DNA of 64,000 nucleotides from positions 142,662,001 to 142,726,000 of the forward strand of contig NC_042997.1 in NCBI RefSeq assembly GCF_006345805.1. The letters run 5' to 3'. Positions within the stretch are counted from its first letter, which is position 1; the number at the start of each line of letters is the position of its first letter. Shown here in pieces: positions 1 to 14,764 of the stretch. A program made the translations under genes and the position numbers. A model generated the notes under the pieces. The model ran no database searches. It was not told the DNA's origin and saw only the letters and a list, made by a program, of their open reading frames with translations. Source of the stretch: Octopus sinensis. Taxonomy: Eukaryota.

Positions 1-760
1 AAAACTTCTTAAAATTTTTGCTCGCCCTTTTTTGTTTCATTACCTGTGACAATTGTAAAAAGAAGGGTTCCATATTTACTCAAGTAAATGTGTAAGTCAG
101 ACCTCTAATTTAATTTTGGTACAAAATTTTTTGCCAATTTCTGGCTTAGTCCAGTGGATAAGTTGCACCCCAGGGGTTTTTTTTCAGTTAAATCAAGTGT
201 AAAATATTATAACTTATACACAAGTATATACAAAAATAAATAAAGATGGCAAAAAAAATTTTTTTAATAAAAAATGCAAGTGAACAACAATAAGGTTTTT
301 TTTCTTAATTTTATATTAACTGAAGTCAATGTTTATAAGAACTCTTCAAACTAGTCGCTAAATAGTTTATTCAAAACAAAGGAGATCATTCCTTTTGAGG
401 ATGTTTGGTCTTTGAAACAAACTCATTTACTCCAAACTACAAGCTGTTTAAATTTATTAGGAATTAAATTTTAATCACTGAATTAGAATTTATTTTGATA
501 AGTTGAAGCATACTATGATGTTAAATGTTCTCCTTTGAAAATCATTTCAGACCCATTCATTTAAACACAAAATGTGTTATACCACTATGTAGACATGTGG
601 ATTATAAAAAAAGGAAAACTATAAAAAAAATTATCTTTCAGTGTCTGAAAGTTGCCATGCATGACACTAAGTGTCTATAGAACAGTAATGCCTGCAATAT
701 AGTTTATATTCTTGACAAACCTGCATTAGTAGACCTCCCTATGTATGTGTGTGTGTATAA

Positions 761-793
<33 letters not shown>

Positions 794-921
794 TGTTATT
801 TGTTAGCTTAGTTCTGTGCAAGATTGGGTGAGGTATCTACTGTGAATATCATTTAACAATTGAATATTAAATATTCTTCCAGTGCAGAATGAATATCGGT
901 TAAAATAACTTTATAGAATGT

Positions 922-2143
922 ATTAGGGTGTTCAGAAATTAATTATGTATTTTGAGAAGGACAAGAAAAACAGATGACTGTTTAATTCAATTAAATACCA
1001 TTTATTAATAATGTAATCATTATTACTGACTGCAGCAAAAGTCAAAACTTTGATTCTTCATTCAAAAAATTCTGGGATTTTTTTGTTGTTGTTGTTGTTG
1101 TTGTTGAACATCACATATTAGATGCAATGTTTTCCTTGTTCCCTTGTGTTCTGCCACTTATGAAATGCTCAGCTGATCAAAGCAAGAGATAATCCATAGA
1201 TCCAGTGAGTAATGACAGTGTAGAGCTTCAAATCTTAACAATCTTACTGTTTTTCAGGATTTATTTTTCCATTGTGCAAAACACCTTTCCTGTTTACCAT
1301 AAATGACAACTTTTGCTATAATGTTACATTGATATAATTAAGTTGCTGGCAATGTCTGCAATAATGGTCTTTCTTTGTCAGAACATTATAATGGACAACA
1401 CTTGTGTATGTTTTATGAGACACATAGCAAGGACTCCTGTGAATGAAGTTCTCCTTTTGCTATTGGTATCAGTTTCTTATGGTCTGATAACCGCTATCTG
1501 TTTTTTTTTTCTCTCTCTCTCTCTTAACATGCTATGTTCTATTTTTCAAGACCTGTAATGATGTGGTTCAGAAATGAATGATTGTTATTCCTTGTTAAGA
1601 GACTACTGCAGATAAGGGAATGTCGAGTCTCAAACAAGAGCTCATAAGGAAAACAAATCTCTTTGCATTTTTTCCCAATTCAAATAAGACATTTGTGAAC
1701 AGTTAAACATGACACTCTTTGTGCCAAGTTTCTTTGGCAAGGATATGTTTGATTCAGCTGTTTCTCTTGAAAGATTGTTGTCTAAAGTATTTCATCTTCA
1801 AGAACAAGATTCATAAGGAAAATCATTATCATTATTTCTAAACTTCTGAAAGCAAGATTGCTATTTATGAGCATTCACTGCATCAAGATATATTCTACAA
1901 ATGTTTTTATTGCTTTAGTTGCAGCACATTTTAAAAAAGTTATACAGTAGACAACAGCGAATATATTGTTCTTTAAAGCCTTTATCTCCCATGGGATTAA
2001 ACTTATATTATAGACTATAAGTAATGAACTGTCAGATAGATGATAAACTAGATTTAACTGTTGTTTTCTATCATTTAAGCATTAGTTGTTTGAATTACAA
2101 ATTATAGCAATAAAATACAAAATTATTTTCTGATCACTCTGTA
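922..2143. mobile_element. Decayed Tc1/mariner-like DNA transposon
   Basis: Imperfect ~30-bp TIRs: tagggtgttcagaaattaattatgtatttt versus the reverse complement of aaaatacaaaattattttctgatcactctgta. No intact ORF. Confidence 0.5.
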
Positions 2144-2877
2144 CAATAATTAGTTGAACTGTTCTCAAAGAAAATATTAAACATTTTTTTTGTCTGTTTT
2201 ATCCCTGCTGTTTGATATAAATACTAATTTTGTCACTCAAATTACAATTTTAAAAAAAATCAGAATTTATAAATACTGGTTTACTTTGATTATAAACAGT
2301 TCATATATTTGATTGTTTGAAGAGGCCTTCCTAGACCAAGGAGGGAAACTTGCTCATTTGGCGTTTAGGAGTGGAGATTGTATGTGTGATGGGGAGGAGA
2401 GAGATATATACAACTGCATAAGCAATCTCTGATGAAGAGCATATTTAGCATATTACAGCTCTTTAGTAATTGAGAATCAGCTTGTCCTCTTTCCATCATA
2501 TATTACACCTCTCTCCTCCACAGCATGCCTGAAGTAATACTTCCTCTCAAGAATAGAAAACATTGGTATGAAACATTGTCCTAACATCATCCTCAGCATC
2601 ATCATCACTAACACCACCACTATGATCATGATCATCATCCTCATCATCATCACAATACCTTGGACTACTACAATCATTTCCAGAAGCTACTGTGATATTC
2701 TTTGCTTATATGTATTGCATCTAAAATGATTTGTTTCTCCTACAGTGCATTAAAGACCATAAATCAACTTCAACAAAGTTACATTAATTTTTGAATAAAT
2801 TGTCATTATCTCTTAAAAGATATTCTACAAAGTAATGAAAATTTCATGAACTTCAAAAAAAAATCAATATCTCTCTG

Positions 2878-2912
<35 letters not shown>

Positions 2913-3762
2913 TGTTGGGCAGTATATTACTGGTTATGACATGTAACTGGTTAGAATGTCATCATCAGTTTCATGATGACTATTGCACATAAAAATATTA
3001 ACAATTTCTTCGGGCATGGTGGCCAGAAGTGTTTCTGTTTTATGAGTGAATGTAATAGATGGAAACTATCAGAAGCATGATGTGTGTGTGTGTGAGAGAG
3101 AGAGAGTGTATTTGTATGCCTTTATATGTCCCTCACCGCTTGACAACTGGTGTAGGTTTGTTTATATCTCCATAACTTAGCAGCTCAGCTAAAAGAACCC
3201 TAGAGAATAAGCAACTTGGTTAGTATCATTATGCCTTTTACACTGGTGGCCCTCCCCAAATTTGTCATTTATTCAAAAGCACAGTACAAAACTATTGTTT
3301 ACAGGCAAAGGAAAGCAATAAACAGAACTGATGCATTCTACCAATGAACCACTTCTCATACCCTGACACAGATAACTCTAAGAGAAAAGGAAATAAACAA
3401 ACAATAAAGTCCTTTAATACAAACTTATTTATATCCCTCTTGAAAAGCTGCAACTTGATGGCTGCGGGAAAAACATGAACAGGACAGAAATTAATAAAGT
3501 AGCAATAGCTTTTAGAAAGAGGAAACTGAATTATAGATATATGAGTGAGTCCCTTGTGCATCTGCAGCTTTAACTCTGCTTAATCACCACCAATATTGTT
3601 TCTTTCAATGCTAATCAGCAAGCTCTAGCTTCACAGTGATATTATATCTTCATTTTTGTTTTTTAATCTCTAATGCTAAAACTACAAAAATTGCTACAGA
3701 ATTAAATCTATTTTGATATCATTTCAGTCTATGCTTTAATACAAAAAAAAATGTGTCTTTAA

Positions 3763-4578
3763 CCCTTTAGCATTTGAACCAGCCATATCTGGCCAAAATA
3801 TTCTACCTATTTTATGTTCATACTTGCCAAATCTAATGTTTTAACACCAACCCTACAACAATATCATTCTAAAAGATTAACAGTTACCTCATCAAAATCT
3901 CACAGTTACAAGATAATGCATGATTGTGAGCTGCTCTCCGGCTATCTATCTGAGGCTTTATATAGCTATGGTGCGGCCTCACCTGGAAACTGTTCAGCAA
4001 TGTGCATCCAAGAGAATACCCTCCATCAGGCATTTGCCATATTCTGAACACCTTACTTCCCTGGGCATGGATACTTTGAAACTCCAACGTCTGGCAGCTG
4101 ACTTGGCAGACACCCATAAAATCATCAACCATCTTACTAACAATAACTCTGAGCACCTTTTCAAACTCCACCTGTCTAACACCTGTGGACATGTTTACAA
4201 AGTCAGAAAACAGCACAGCTCCCGTGACTTTTGGAAACATTTTTTCATGCTAAGAGTTGCTGAAGTATGGAACAAACTGCTGGCATCAGTTGTTAGTTGT
4301 CGGAGCACTGCATCCTTCAAAACTTCCATGCTTCCTGAGATTCGCCAACACTACACCTGATTTTCTCCCCTCCATACACATGCAAGCATGTATCTGACTC
4401 GTACACTGTTCACTTCCCAGACATTTGTACATTACTGCATATGCTTTATATGCACTTTTGACAAGTTGTGGTGCACCTGAGCACTGTATACAGTAATTTC
4501 ATTATTATATTATTATAATTCAAAACAATGTGAATAAATAAGTATTACTTTTGACAGAATAATGTGAATGCTCAAGGG
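3763..4578. mobile_element. piggyBac-type MITE, interrupted by a CR1 fragment
   Basis: TTAA|CCCTTTAGCATT ... AATGCTCAAGGG|TTAA: TTAA target site and CCC/GGG termini. A related copy lies at 23520-23796. Confidence 0.7.
3930..4517 (+). mobile_element. CR1-clade LINE, 5'-truncated 3' end (RT C-terminal region and 3' UTR)
   Basis: Translation LYIAMVRPHLE...LPYSEHLTSLGMDTLKLQRLAADL...GHVYK...HFFMLRVAEVWNKL is typical of the CR1 ORF2 end. (ATT)n tail near 4500. Confidence 0.85.
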
Positions 4579-6969
4579 TTAAAGTGAAAGAACGGTCACA
4601 ACTAGACTTATTGAGAAAAGGTATATATATAAAATTTCCAAAATATTTTAAAATAGGAATGTTTGGAAATATTATGGTATCAGTAATATAACAATTATTA
4701 GTTTTATGGACAAAATTTTAAAATTAATGGTATCAAGAGAAATGTTTCGTTCTCTTAATTTTAATTAAACAAGCTTATATTAAACTATAATACAATAAAA
4801 CCAGATATTCCCAAAGGCTGATTGATAAAGGTAAATAAAACTGCTATAGAACTGCTTTATTGCTCTTGTAGAAACTTTGGCAAACATGAACAGTTTTAGT
4901 ATTTTGCTGATTGCTTTATTAGAAGTGCATAAAAGAAAAATAAATTATCCCTCCTCTCACCATAACAGAATTTTTTTCTCAACAGTAACTGCTGTGAATT
5001 TGCCTTTAAATGTGTAACAAACATATTTTAGTTAAACTAAAGTTCATCTCCCCTAGTTATTTCAAGAAAAAAAAAAAAGAGGGGAAAACACAAGGTGTAC
5101 AGTATTTTTTTATATAGTTTATGAAGATATTTCATTTGTTTTTCTCCAATCATGTACATAACTTATTATTGTTATTGTTATTATTAATTGTAATAATAAT
5201 AATATCATTATTATTAATATTATTATTATCATTAGAAAATTTTAGAATTTTCATAGTATATCAAAATTTCTATACACTGGTCTTTTCTCTTTTCATAGAC
5301 TTCTCTAATTCTTTCATACTGTGTTCTAAATTCTTTTTTCTTCCAATGCATTCCACTGGAACTTCATTCTTTTAATATTTTCCTGCCATAAACTAATCTT
5401 AAACTGTTTTAAAATTAACAGCTGTGGCCTAATTCATTTATTCTTATGATTTGGCATTGTTTTCTATGGAAGGGAATACAGCCGTAGAAAACCCTGCCAA
5501 ATCAGACTGGAGTCTGGTGCAGCCTTCCAGCTTACCAGTCCTGGTCAAACCGTGCATCCCATGCCAACATGGACAACAGACATTAAATAATGATGATGAT
5601 CCATAATAGAAGAGCCTAAAAAAGTATAAAGATTCTATTATTCAACTGCTGACAAGAAAACCGTGGTTTATAAACATATTCTATCTATTACTTATTTCAT
5701 AACTTTATTTTATAGTTCTTTCCATTTTTCCTGAAATTATGTCACAGTTTACAGAAAAAATCTGAATAATCATCTAAAATTGTTTTTGCTATCATCAACT
5801 TTGTCCTCTTGTATTAAAATCAGTCAATATCTCTTCAAAATTCATTTGCGAATGTTGTAGATTGCCAAATCATCTGAGATTCTAATCCTGAGTTTTCAAG
5901 AGTTAAGTACCACTGCCTAAACATGTGCAATTACTGAAATTAAAATGTCATGTCCAATAAATTTTTACTAAAATTATTCTCATTGCTTTCTTTTTCTGAG
6001 TATTTTGACGAACCTTTATTTTACATCAATCTAAAGATTCACATATGACTTAAGTGAATTTTGTAAACTTCATGCCATGTCTTCAAATTTAAATCTTCTT
6101 TTATTGAAATATCCTTTTTGAGAACAGTTTGCTTTTTAAGGGGGGGATTTAAATTGAATATTTGTATCAGCATTTCATCAATTGTTGTTTTCTCAAATGA
6201 TTTTGTTCATTTTAATATGAAATTCAACATTTTAGCAGGCTCTGATTAATGAAAAATGTTATGGGAGTACTATTTAATTAAACTCTTGTTAAATTCAACC
6301 ATCAGAAAATCAAAACTTTTTCAATTTTTTATATTTATTTTTATTATTCATCACAAATATCATTTTTCAAAACTTTACCCAGAAAACTGCTTGAAAATAT
6401 ATTGCACAAAAACTACCAATATTTACTATAAATTTTAAGAAATTACTGTATGAATTACTGGTAATTTGACAATATCTCTCTACTTATCTTTTCTTTCTTA
6501 CCCTTTTTTTATATTTCTAAAGTTGGTTTTGGAAATAGTTTGTAATTGTAAAACATTAGCAACTCTTCTTACTAGATTTAATTATAGTATTTTCTTTAAG
6601 CAATATAAATAATTTTTAATGATCCAAATAAATTTTTTTTAATAATGATTTTAACATCACAAACAGGATTAACAACATCAGTACAAGTTAACTAAGGAAT
6701 TGCTATTTACTTATAAAACCTTATTTCGAAAAATTTAGCTACGCTTTTAACATGTTTATTGCATATTTTACCGCGTAGATTTTAGTTCAGTAAACTGCTT
6801 TAAAGATTAAAATGACTAAGTCTTTGAATGTCATCTTCACACAATAAAAGGTAATAGTTACAACAGAAAATTCAGTCATTTGGTCTGTAAAGTAGGTGTA
6901 CTTATGCAGAACTAACCATGGTTATTTGACAAGAATATTGATTTCTAACATTGTCTAACGAGAATACTA

Positions 6970-7250
6970 TCGTTGCCAGTGCCACCTGACTGGCTCCCAT
7001 GCTGGTGGCACATAAAAAGCACCATTCAAGCATGGCCAATGCCAGTACTGCCTGACTGGCCCTCATGCCAGTGGCACATACAAAACACCCACTACACTCT
7101 CAGAGTGATTGGTGTTAGGAAGGGCATCCACTATAGAAACCATGCCAGATCAGATTGGAGCCTGGTACAGCCTTCTGACTTGCCAATCCTCAGTCAAACT
7201 GCCCAATCCATGCCGGTATGGAAAGCGGACATTAAATGATGATGTTGATA
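6970..7250 (+). mobile_element. RTE-tail-type interspersed repeat with internal ~55-bp tandem units
   Basis: ggtgttaggaagggcatcc...ccatgccggtatggaaagcggacattaaatgatgatg. Near-identical to 39710-40025; partial copy at 5468-5600. Confidence 0.75.
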
Positions 7251-7941
7251 ACTATCAACAACAACAGCAACTCTACAATTCTAGAAGGAGCCTCTACATG
7301 GTTGCTTGCCTGCTTGAAATAGCATCCAAATCTTTCAAATCACACTTGACCTAAAACAAGAACAAAAAACATTAGATATAGTCCTACATACACCTAAAAA
7401 TGATAGCATGGGCCAGCCACAAACAAGGTTTCGAATAAGCACTAATCACTTTAATAACCAGATTCACAGTCATTTTTCTCCACCCTATATTGAAGGGCAA
7501 AAACCAGAAACAGACATTCCATTCCTCACAGCAATGAACTTTTTGATATTCTCTGAACTTAGATTAATTGTTGCCAATGCAAACTTTACTTAATTTTTTC
7601 AGATTCCAGGCTTTACATTGAGTAATGTACAAGCTGAATGACCAATGGTTCTTATCTTCCCATCTGTGCAACATTATATCCATAGTCAAAACATTATACT
7701 TCTAATAGCTGAGTCCATTAACCCTCTCAGACCTGGGCCCCTGTGTCTAACTTTCACCTCCACCTGGGCTCTTGAGCAAAAAAAAAATAATAGTTACATA
7801 TAAAGTTCAAGAGTAATGATTGCAGGCAAACTAATGGGCAGAATTAGCTGCATCTTCTTTTTCTATGTGTTATTTATTACTGCTTTACTGAGAATCTTGC
7901 AGAGATTATGTTTAACCTATTCCCTCTAAAGTGGGAACATG

Positions 7942-8228
7942 TTCCTTCTCGAGCCATGCCTGGCTCATTCTCCGGTTTCCTTGGTGTATAGGTTCCCCAC
8001 CTGGACGGGATGCCGGTCCGTCACAGGTGAACTGCTAGATGCAGGAGGAAAGAGTAAGAGAAAGTTGTGGCGAAAGAGTCAGCAGAAGTTTGCCATTACC
8101 TTCTGCCGGAGCCATGTGGAGCTTAGGTGTTTCGCTCATAAACACACACATTGCCCGTTCTGAGGTTCGAACCTGCGATCCCTTAACCGCGAGTCCACTG
8201 CTCTAACCACTAGGCCATGTGCTTCCAC
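7942..8228 (-). mobile_element. Full-length tRNA-derived SINE with 14-bp TSD
   Basis: Minus-strand head with A box (TGGCCTAGTGGTTA) and B box (GGTTCGAACC). Perfect direct repeat aaagtgggaacatg at 7928-7941 and 8229-8242. Confidence 0.88.
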
Positions 8229-10067
8229 AAAGTGGGAACATGGCATTACAGAATTAAGCTCTAAGTAGGTTATGCCAGTTGCCAAATGACCCATTGGGTT
8301 GCAATGCTGAGTTTAATTCTTCCTGTTGCATAAGCTACTGGCTTATGTCAATGTCCTAAATTGTAGGATATTTATCTTTCATCTGCTTAACACTATAAAC
8401 ACTGTCCACAAATATCAGTTCCATGAATCATTTTAATTTAAAAAAGGAACTTTGGATATTGGAGTCACTACAAACACTAGAACAAGTCTAATTAATTAAA
8501 CAAACAAGAAAGTATGTAAAAATCTCAGTTGCTATAAGTATTACCTGTTGTTCAATTAGCTACTTGTCAAACTCTGCTTGATCAAAGCTAATTGAGGCTA
8601 AATAAATGGCCAATCAATTGTTATTATTCAGTGACACACATTTGTAGCCAAGACACTGGCTCTTTTGGTTTTGTTTGTATCACATTTCTGCCTTATGTAA
8701 ATGAATCATGCTAAGCACAATAGTATTTACACTTTAAATAACAGCTCTCCACGTCACCACCTTAGGAATCATTGTTAATCAATTCCTGAGAAGTTGAAAA
8801 GACTGAAAACCCCTTGAGTTCAATTCTCATTCCAAGCAACCAAAAAGGAAAATTCTATGGTTTAATTATGGGGGCCTAATTTCATAGTGAGATTAAATAC
8901 ACAAAGATATGACTCCTTATATTCAATATAATTTCATCCATTGCAGCTTCTTCTTCAATAGTTAGAGACCTTGTTGATCAAAAATATTAAATATCCTGTT
9001 ATGTTATGAAAAGATTCTGAATTCAAGAGATTCAATATTTAAAAGGTTTTATATTCCAAAGATTCAAGCTAACTCAACTGACCATGTGGAAATAATTTAA
9101 CTTGTAGAAAACACTTTATATTTTGTTGTGTTTTAGCCCTAGATTATTCCATATTGAGCAGGCCTATAATCATAAGAACTCTAGTTCTAATCATACTTTC
9201 TTTTGAAATATACATCATTCCAACCTGTTCTTCACTTTTTTAATTTATTTTTTAAACTGATTGGATGTGATATTGAGGGAAATTTGGTTGCTATTTCTAG
9301 CAAGCTGAGTGATCATTTAATGGCTCCCTGATTGTTTATGTTGTTTACTCCTGATCAACCTTGATAAAACAGACGCATAATAAAAACATTATGGCCATGA
9401 CCATCCCATTTTGTTCTCCAGGACTTGGTCGTCCCCATGTGTCCCTTATTTTTAAGACACTGATATGTGTAATTTTGAAAGAGATTTGGCTGCTATTTCT
9501 GAAAAGTGGGTGATGCGGTAGAAATCCCTTCAATGTTGTTATCAGTATTCCAAGACTCTCTCAGTGTTGTTATTGGTAATCCTTGATTATTTTGCACTCC
9601 AACAACAAGCTGCAAGGTCACAAATATTTGCCCTTCTAAACAGAATTGTTTTTATATAATATGTTACATCAATGATAATGGTGAAGGTGACTATAAGTTA
9701 CTGATATACAGCTAACCTTGAACTAATTTTCTATCTCTAAACACACAAATATTGATCATTTTCAAATCTAAAACTGTCTTGTATGCTTTTTATAAAGCAA
9801 AATAAACCAGAGAAATGATTCTGGAAACTCCGAGTGTTGAGTTTCATTGCTTGCATAACGAACAATTGATTTTTTAAAAAAAATAATCAATCTTGAATAA
9901 ATGGAAGATTTACACTTTTCCTCAGAGACCTATCTAATTCTGTTGGTGTTATTTCTTCAACATTCAGAAGGTTTTGATTTCTTTTTTTCTTTAACTCTGT
10001 TATTCGTTGCAAAATCTGTCTTGTGTCCCTAGTGTGCTTGTGAAATAGCTTTCATTATCATTTAAAC

Positions 10068-10759
10068 CAGTGGTCCTCAACCAGGTTCCATATGGCCCTT
10101 GGGGGTCCATATGGTCCTTGGGGCTCCATATGGCCCTTAGGGGTCCATATAAGATTTTGTTAAAATACATCTGCAATAAATTGGTCATACTTTTACAATA
10201 AATGCAGGAGTGGTTGTGTGATAAGAAGCTTGTTTCCCAAGCACATAGTTCCGGGTTCAGTCCCCACCTTGGATAAGTGTCTACTACAGCCTTGGGCTGA
10301 CCAAAGCCTTGTGAGTGGATTTGGTAGGCAGAAACTGAAAGAAGCCCATCATATATATGTATATATATCTATGTGTGTGTCTTTGTCCTGTGTTTGTTCC
10401 CCCCCCCCATCACTGCTAGACAACCAGTGTTGGTCTGTTTATATCCCTCTAACTTAGCAGTTCAGCAAATCAGACTGATAAAATAAATACCAGACTTTAA
10501 AAAAAATTTAGTGCTGGGGTCGATTCATACAACTAAAAATTTAAGGTGGCACCCCAGCATGGCTGCAGTCTAATGACTGAAACAAATAAAAGATAAGATA
10601 AATACACAAAATACTTTAACAATTTCTTTTATACAATTCCTAATAATATTTGATTTTAAAAATATATAATTTTTTAAAACATTGAATGGCTAGGGGGATC
10701 CATCTAAGTAACCTAGGCATCAAAGGTGTCCTTCAGTAAAAAGTAGTTAAGAAACGCTG
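10068..10759. mobile_element. hAT-type MITE with nested SINE
   Basis: Ends cagtggtcctcaac / gttaagaaacgctg; 8-bp TSD atttaaac/atttaaag; subterminal ~20-bp repeats gggtccatatggccct. Confidence 0.7.
10204..10600 (+). mobile_element. tRNA-derived SINE of the most abundant family in this window
   Basis: Head ggagtggttgtgtgataagaagcttg...gggttcagtccc, body gagtggatttggtag.cagaaactgaaagaagccc, tail gactgaaacaaataaaagataa. The family recurs at several loci in the window. Confidence 0.8.
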
Positions 10760-12189
10760 ATTTAAAGATAGTCTATAGTAAATATGAAAACATTGTAGCC
10801 TGATCTCGCTATATTGTCTTTTAGTTATAACTACATTTGATATCATACTGAAAAGGTTCAGTTTAGTTTCTTTTAACCATTTACCTATCCTGTGTGTCAC
10901 GTGATAAATAGGACATATTTATCTGGTGTCCATGCATTATATAATACACATTCCCAATTTTGTTTTTCCACCATCAGAGTAACCTGGAGGGAAAGCTTTA
11001 TATTGCACAGGGCAGGCTAAAAGTTCAAAAGCAAACATGGATATTTAGGGCACACTTATGAAAATGCATTGTATAGTCAATTTTACATTACTAATCAGTT
11101 TTTTTTTAACCAAAAGATTTTTTTTTAATTATCTAGAAATGCTTCAAATCATAAATTTGTGGTATTATGTTGATGGCATTTTCACATAGAAATTCTTCTC
11201 CTAAATATAGAAAATTTTATTTAGAATATATATTTTTATTATTATAAAAATTGAAAATATTTTAAGCAAAACAGTTTTTTTTTAATTTTTTTTTTTTTAC
11301 TACATTTGTAATCATCCATTTTTACAAAAACAGCAACTAGTTATGGTAAGATGTTGGTTAGTTAAGCTACCAACAAAACTAAAATAAAAAAGAGAAATAA
11401 AAAATCATTCTGCTGATATTTGTCCAGTCTATGCAATAATGAAAATACATAAAATGATGAGGTTGATGCTGATGCTGAAAAATATGAGATTTAATCGTTT
11501 GGTGGTGTTAGTCATTATTATTCATGTTAAAAATTATTATTGGCTACCTGACTTCTTAAAGAGGTACTACATTGCTCTGTCACAAAATTCAAAAGAGACT
11601 TTATAGCATTATTTAACAGCTCAGTGTTGAGTAAAAAAAACCATCATCCTCATCATCATCACCATTGTTCTTACATCTACTTTCCATGCTGGCATGGGTT
11701 GGAAGGATCACAACAGTCTAAGTCAGTATAGTGACTCCTAATAAGAACTGACTTAAACTGTGACAGCCCTTCCAACCCATGCCAGGATGGAAAGTAGGTG
11801 TAAAAACAATGGTGATGGTGATGAGAATAGGATTGATGGATGGAGGTGCCCAATAACGCATGGGGGTGAAGAGCAGTAGAACAGTAAAGAGGATGCAATA
11901 GACAGGGGAAGAGAGAGAGATAGTTGGGTAAGTAGCAAGAGTGCAGAGGGAGGAAGAGAGAGGCAGCATAGTGCTTTGGAAGAGTGGGAGGTGTATGGTG
12001 GGGAAGAAGGAGAGATAATTTGGTGGCTTAAGGGTGTGATCAATGTGAAATATGAGTGGAGGACAGTATTGAGGATAAGGGATGTGTACCAAGTGAAATG
12101 ATTCTGGATAGTAAGAAAGATTAGTGGTATCAAGGAAAAGCTAGGGTCTGAGAGTGAAGGAAATTGGGTGAAGGACCCTGTTGTGCATA

Positions 12190-12500
12190 TACATACCCAT
12201 ACATTGCTTTCAGAACTTAATTTCATCAAGTTGGATAGGTCTTTTCAAGAACTGCATGTTGCCAGTCATCTCAGTTCCCTTGACATCTTCTCCATGAGGT
12301 TCAAAGTCCTGTGATCAGCCTTCCCCACTATGTCCCATGTCTTTTGGGCCTCCTTCTGTAAGGTTCAACCATATTAAGTGGTCAGCATTTCTTTATACCG
12401 CTGTCCTCATCCACAAGCATCACATGTCCATACCAGCACCATCTTCTTTCTTACACAATACATCTGATTCCTCTTATGCCTAGTTTTTCTCTCAACCTAT
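12190..12500 (-). mobile_element. Decayed RTE LINE 3' end
   Basis: Minus-strand remnant GIRGIR...ERRWCWYGHVMLVDED, corresponding to the RTE R.RWYGHV.R motif. Confidence 0.55.
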
Positions 12501-14715
12501 TTGTAATCTAACCAAATTTGAATGGTTGTGCATGTTACAAAAAAATGTAATGACAAAAGCTGCAACAAAGAAATGCCCCCATTTTTTATTCAAACATTTC
12601 ATTTTGAGGTTTGATGTCAAAACGTCATGGAATGACTTTATGAATGACCCCCTTAAAAATATGTTTCAAAAGGCTGCTATCTAAAAAAAAATGTAACAGG
12701 TTTTTATCTGTTAACCATTGTGTAGAACATTTGTCATAATATCAGCATAAAAGCATAAAAGATTTTACATGGAATCTGTTTTCTCTGATAACCATGAACT
12801 AGTGGGGGAAAAAAATCTCAGTTCTGATGTGAAACTTGCAATTTGTACCCATCTATTCTAAACTCCTATTTCAATGAATATATAATAACTATATCCTTTA
12901 TATTACCTGCTTTCTTGTTCTATACCTGTAAAATGGAGATTAAATATCTAGAGCCACTTAAAGCTATGATCATTTTCTTTACCTTCTATCAAGATTTTTC
13001 TTTTTTACTGTTTCCTACCATTCTTTCAATGCATTCCATCTTGTGTTCTTTTCTTCTCTCTCTCTCTCTTATTCAGAAATTCATTTCTCTGGCCAAATTT
13101 ATTTTGCTTCTATATCATTCCATTATTGTTGACGCTATTGTTCTTCTTATTTAGCTTTTTTTTTCTTCCTTTCTCTCTTTCTTTCCTTCTTTCTTCCTTT
13201 CTTTCTGTTTATATCTATGCTTCCTCCTTACTGTCAATAGCCATGTAAATCTGTTCTGAAAATTATTAGGTAATTTTCATAGGTGAAGAATACAAATCTT
13301 GCTGATTATCTGTGTCTTTTCCTTCGAAACAAAAGATTTCTTCACATCTGTTAACAGATTAAACCAATTCAGTTGCAACAAAGTTGAATTAATGCATTTT
13401 GTTGCCAATCTTGATGCAAGTAATTACTTCACATCATGTGTTAACCAAAAATTTCTAATTCTATTATTGCAACAAAGGAGAGATAATTGCATTTTCTTTT
13501 TCCTAACGGTATAGTTAATAAATATCAATTAGATATTTATCAGAGTTAGTTTGATATTTTTCTTTTCTTTTTAAGCTCTTGCCATTGTTATTTATCATAT
13601 TTCAAGTATTTTTTCTATACAAACCTATCTTTTATATAAATAATAGTTAGCCTAAGAAATTAATACATTATTTCTACTACAAGTTAAAATGATATTTGTT
13701 AACAAAATTGCTTATTAAAACCATTTTCAGTTACTATCTTTAACTCGATCACTTTAACAATTGTAATTAATATCATTCTGACAATCATAATTAATAAAAG
13801 AAAATACATCATTAGCCATCTTTATATTAATGCTATGGAGCATTTCAGATGGTAATTTACATTTTATTAGAATCTTGCTTTTGTTTCTGGAGAATTATCA
13901 ACTAATCTACCATAGTGTAAGCTAAGGATATACAGATGAATAAAGTTCAGTGTTTGTGTGCTGTTTAGTTTCTTAGCTTCACAAAAGAAATTGAAATTAA
14001 CAAACTATATTCTGTAAGGAAATCAGAGAATTTTCAGTTTGTATTTTATCAGGGATAAAATATTAGATTCATAATCAACTTAATTAGCTTTCCTCCAGAT
14101 AAGAGGCCTCTTTATTCATGTCGATATCTTCCTGTCTGTGTTTACATTTAGATTATATATATATATAGATGTGTGTGTGTGTGTAAAATTTCAAAGTTCA
14201 TTTTGTAGAATATATACCTAGACACGATAATTCATTATACTTCAAAGATTTATTTAGTTTCTTTAATAGGGATTAAAAAGATACAAATTTAAGTAACTAT
14301 AAAATGTTTCTGTGGTTTTTAACCCTTTCATGACAATACTTTTGATGAAATACTCTACTGATGTACTTCAATTAGTTTTGAAAATAATAAAAAATTTGGA
14401 AAGATTTAGAAGCATAAATAAATTTTTCATTATTAAGTTGGTTTTTGGAAGATAGTTCTATAAAAAGGACTTAAATATAATAATGATGAAGTATTTTAAT
14501 TTAAATACGAATACTTCAGAACAACAAGTTTTATATCATAGAATCAGGGGCTGTCTCATGTAGATTAGTATCAAAAGAATTAAGTTATTTTCCATTTACC
14601 CTACTTAATTTTACAATTATTGATATATCCCTTTTGGAAATAGATACCAGTCCTTGAGACTACATTTGAGTCTCTCTCTCTCTCACTCACTCACTCACAC
14701 TCTCTCTCTCTCTCA

Positions 14716-14764
<49 letters not shown>

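Noticed and set aside
2426-2475. CUGAUGA followed by an AGAGC/GCUCU stem
   Set aside because: No GAAA or NUH in register after the stem.
11677-12229. Overlapping minus-strand ORFs up to 158 aa
   Set aside because: Purine/pyrimidine-skewed low-complexity sequence between retroposon fragments, with no recognisable motif.
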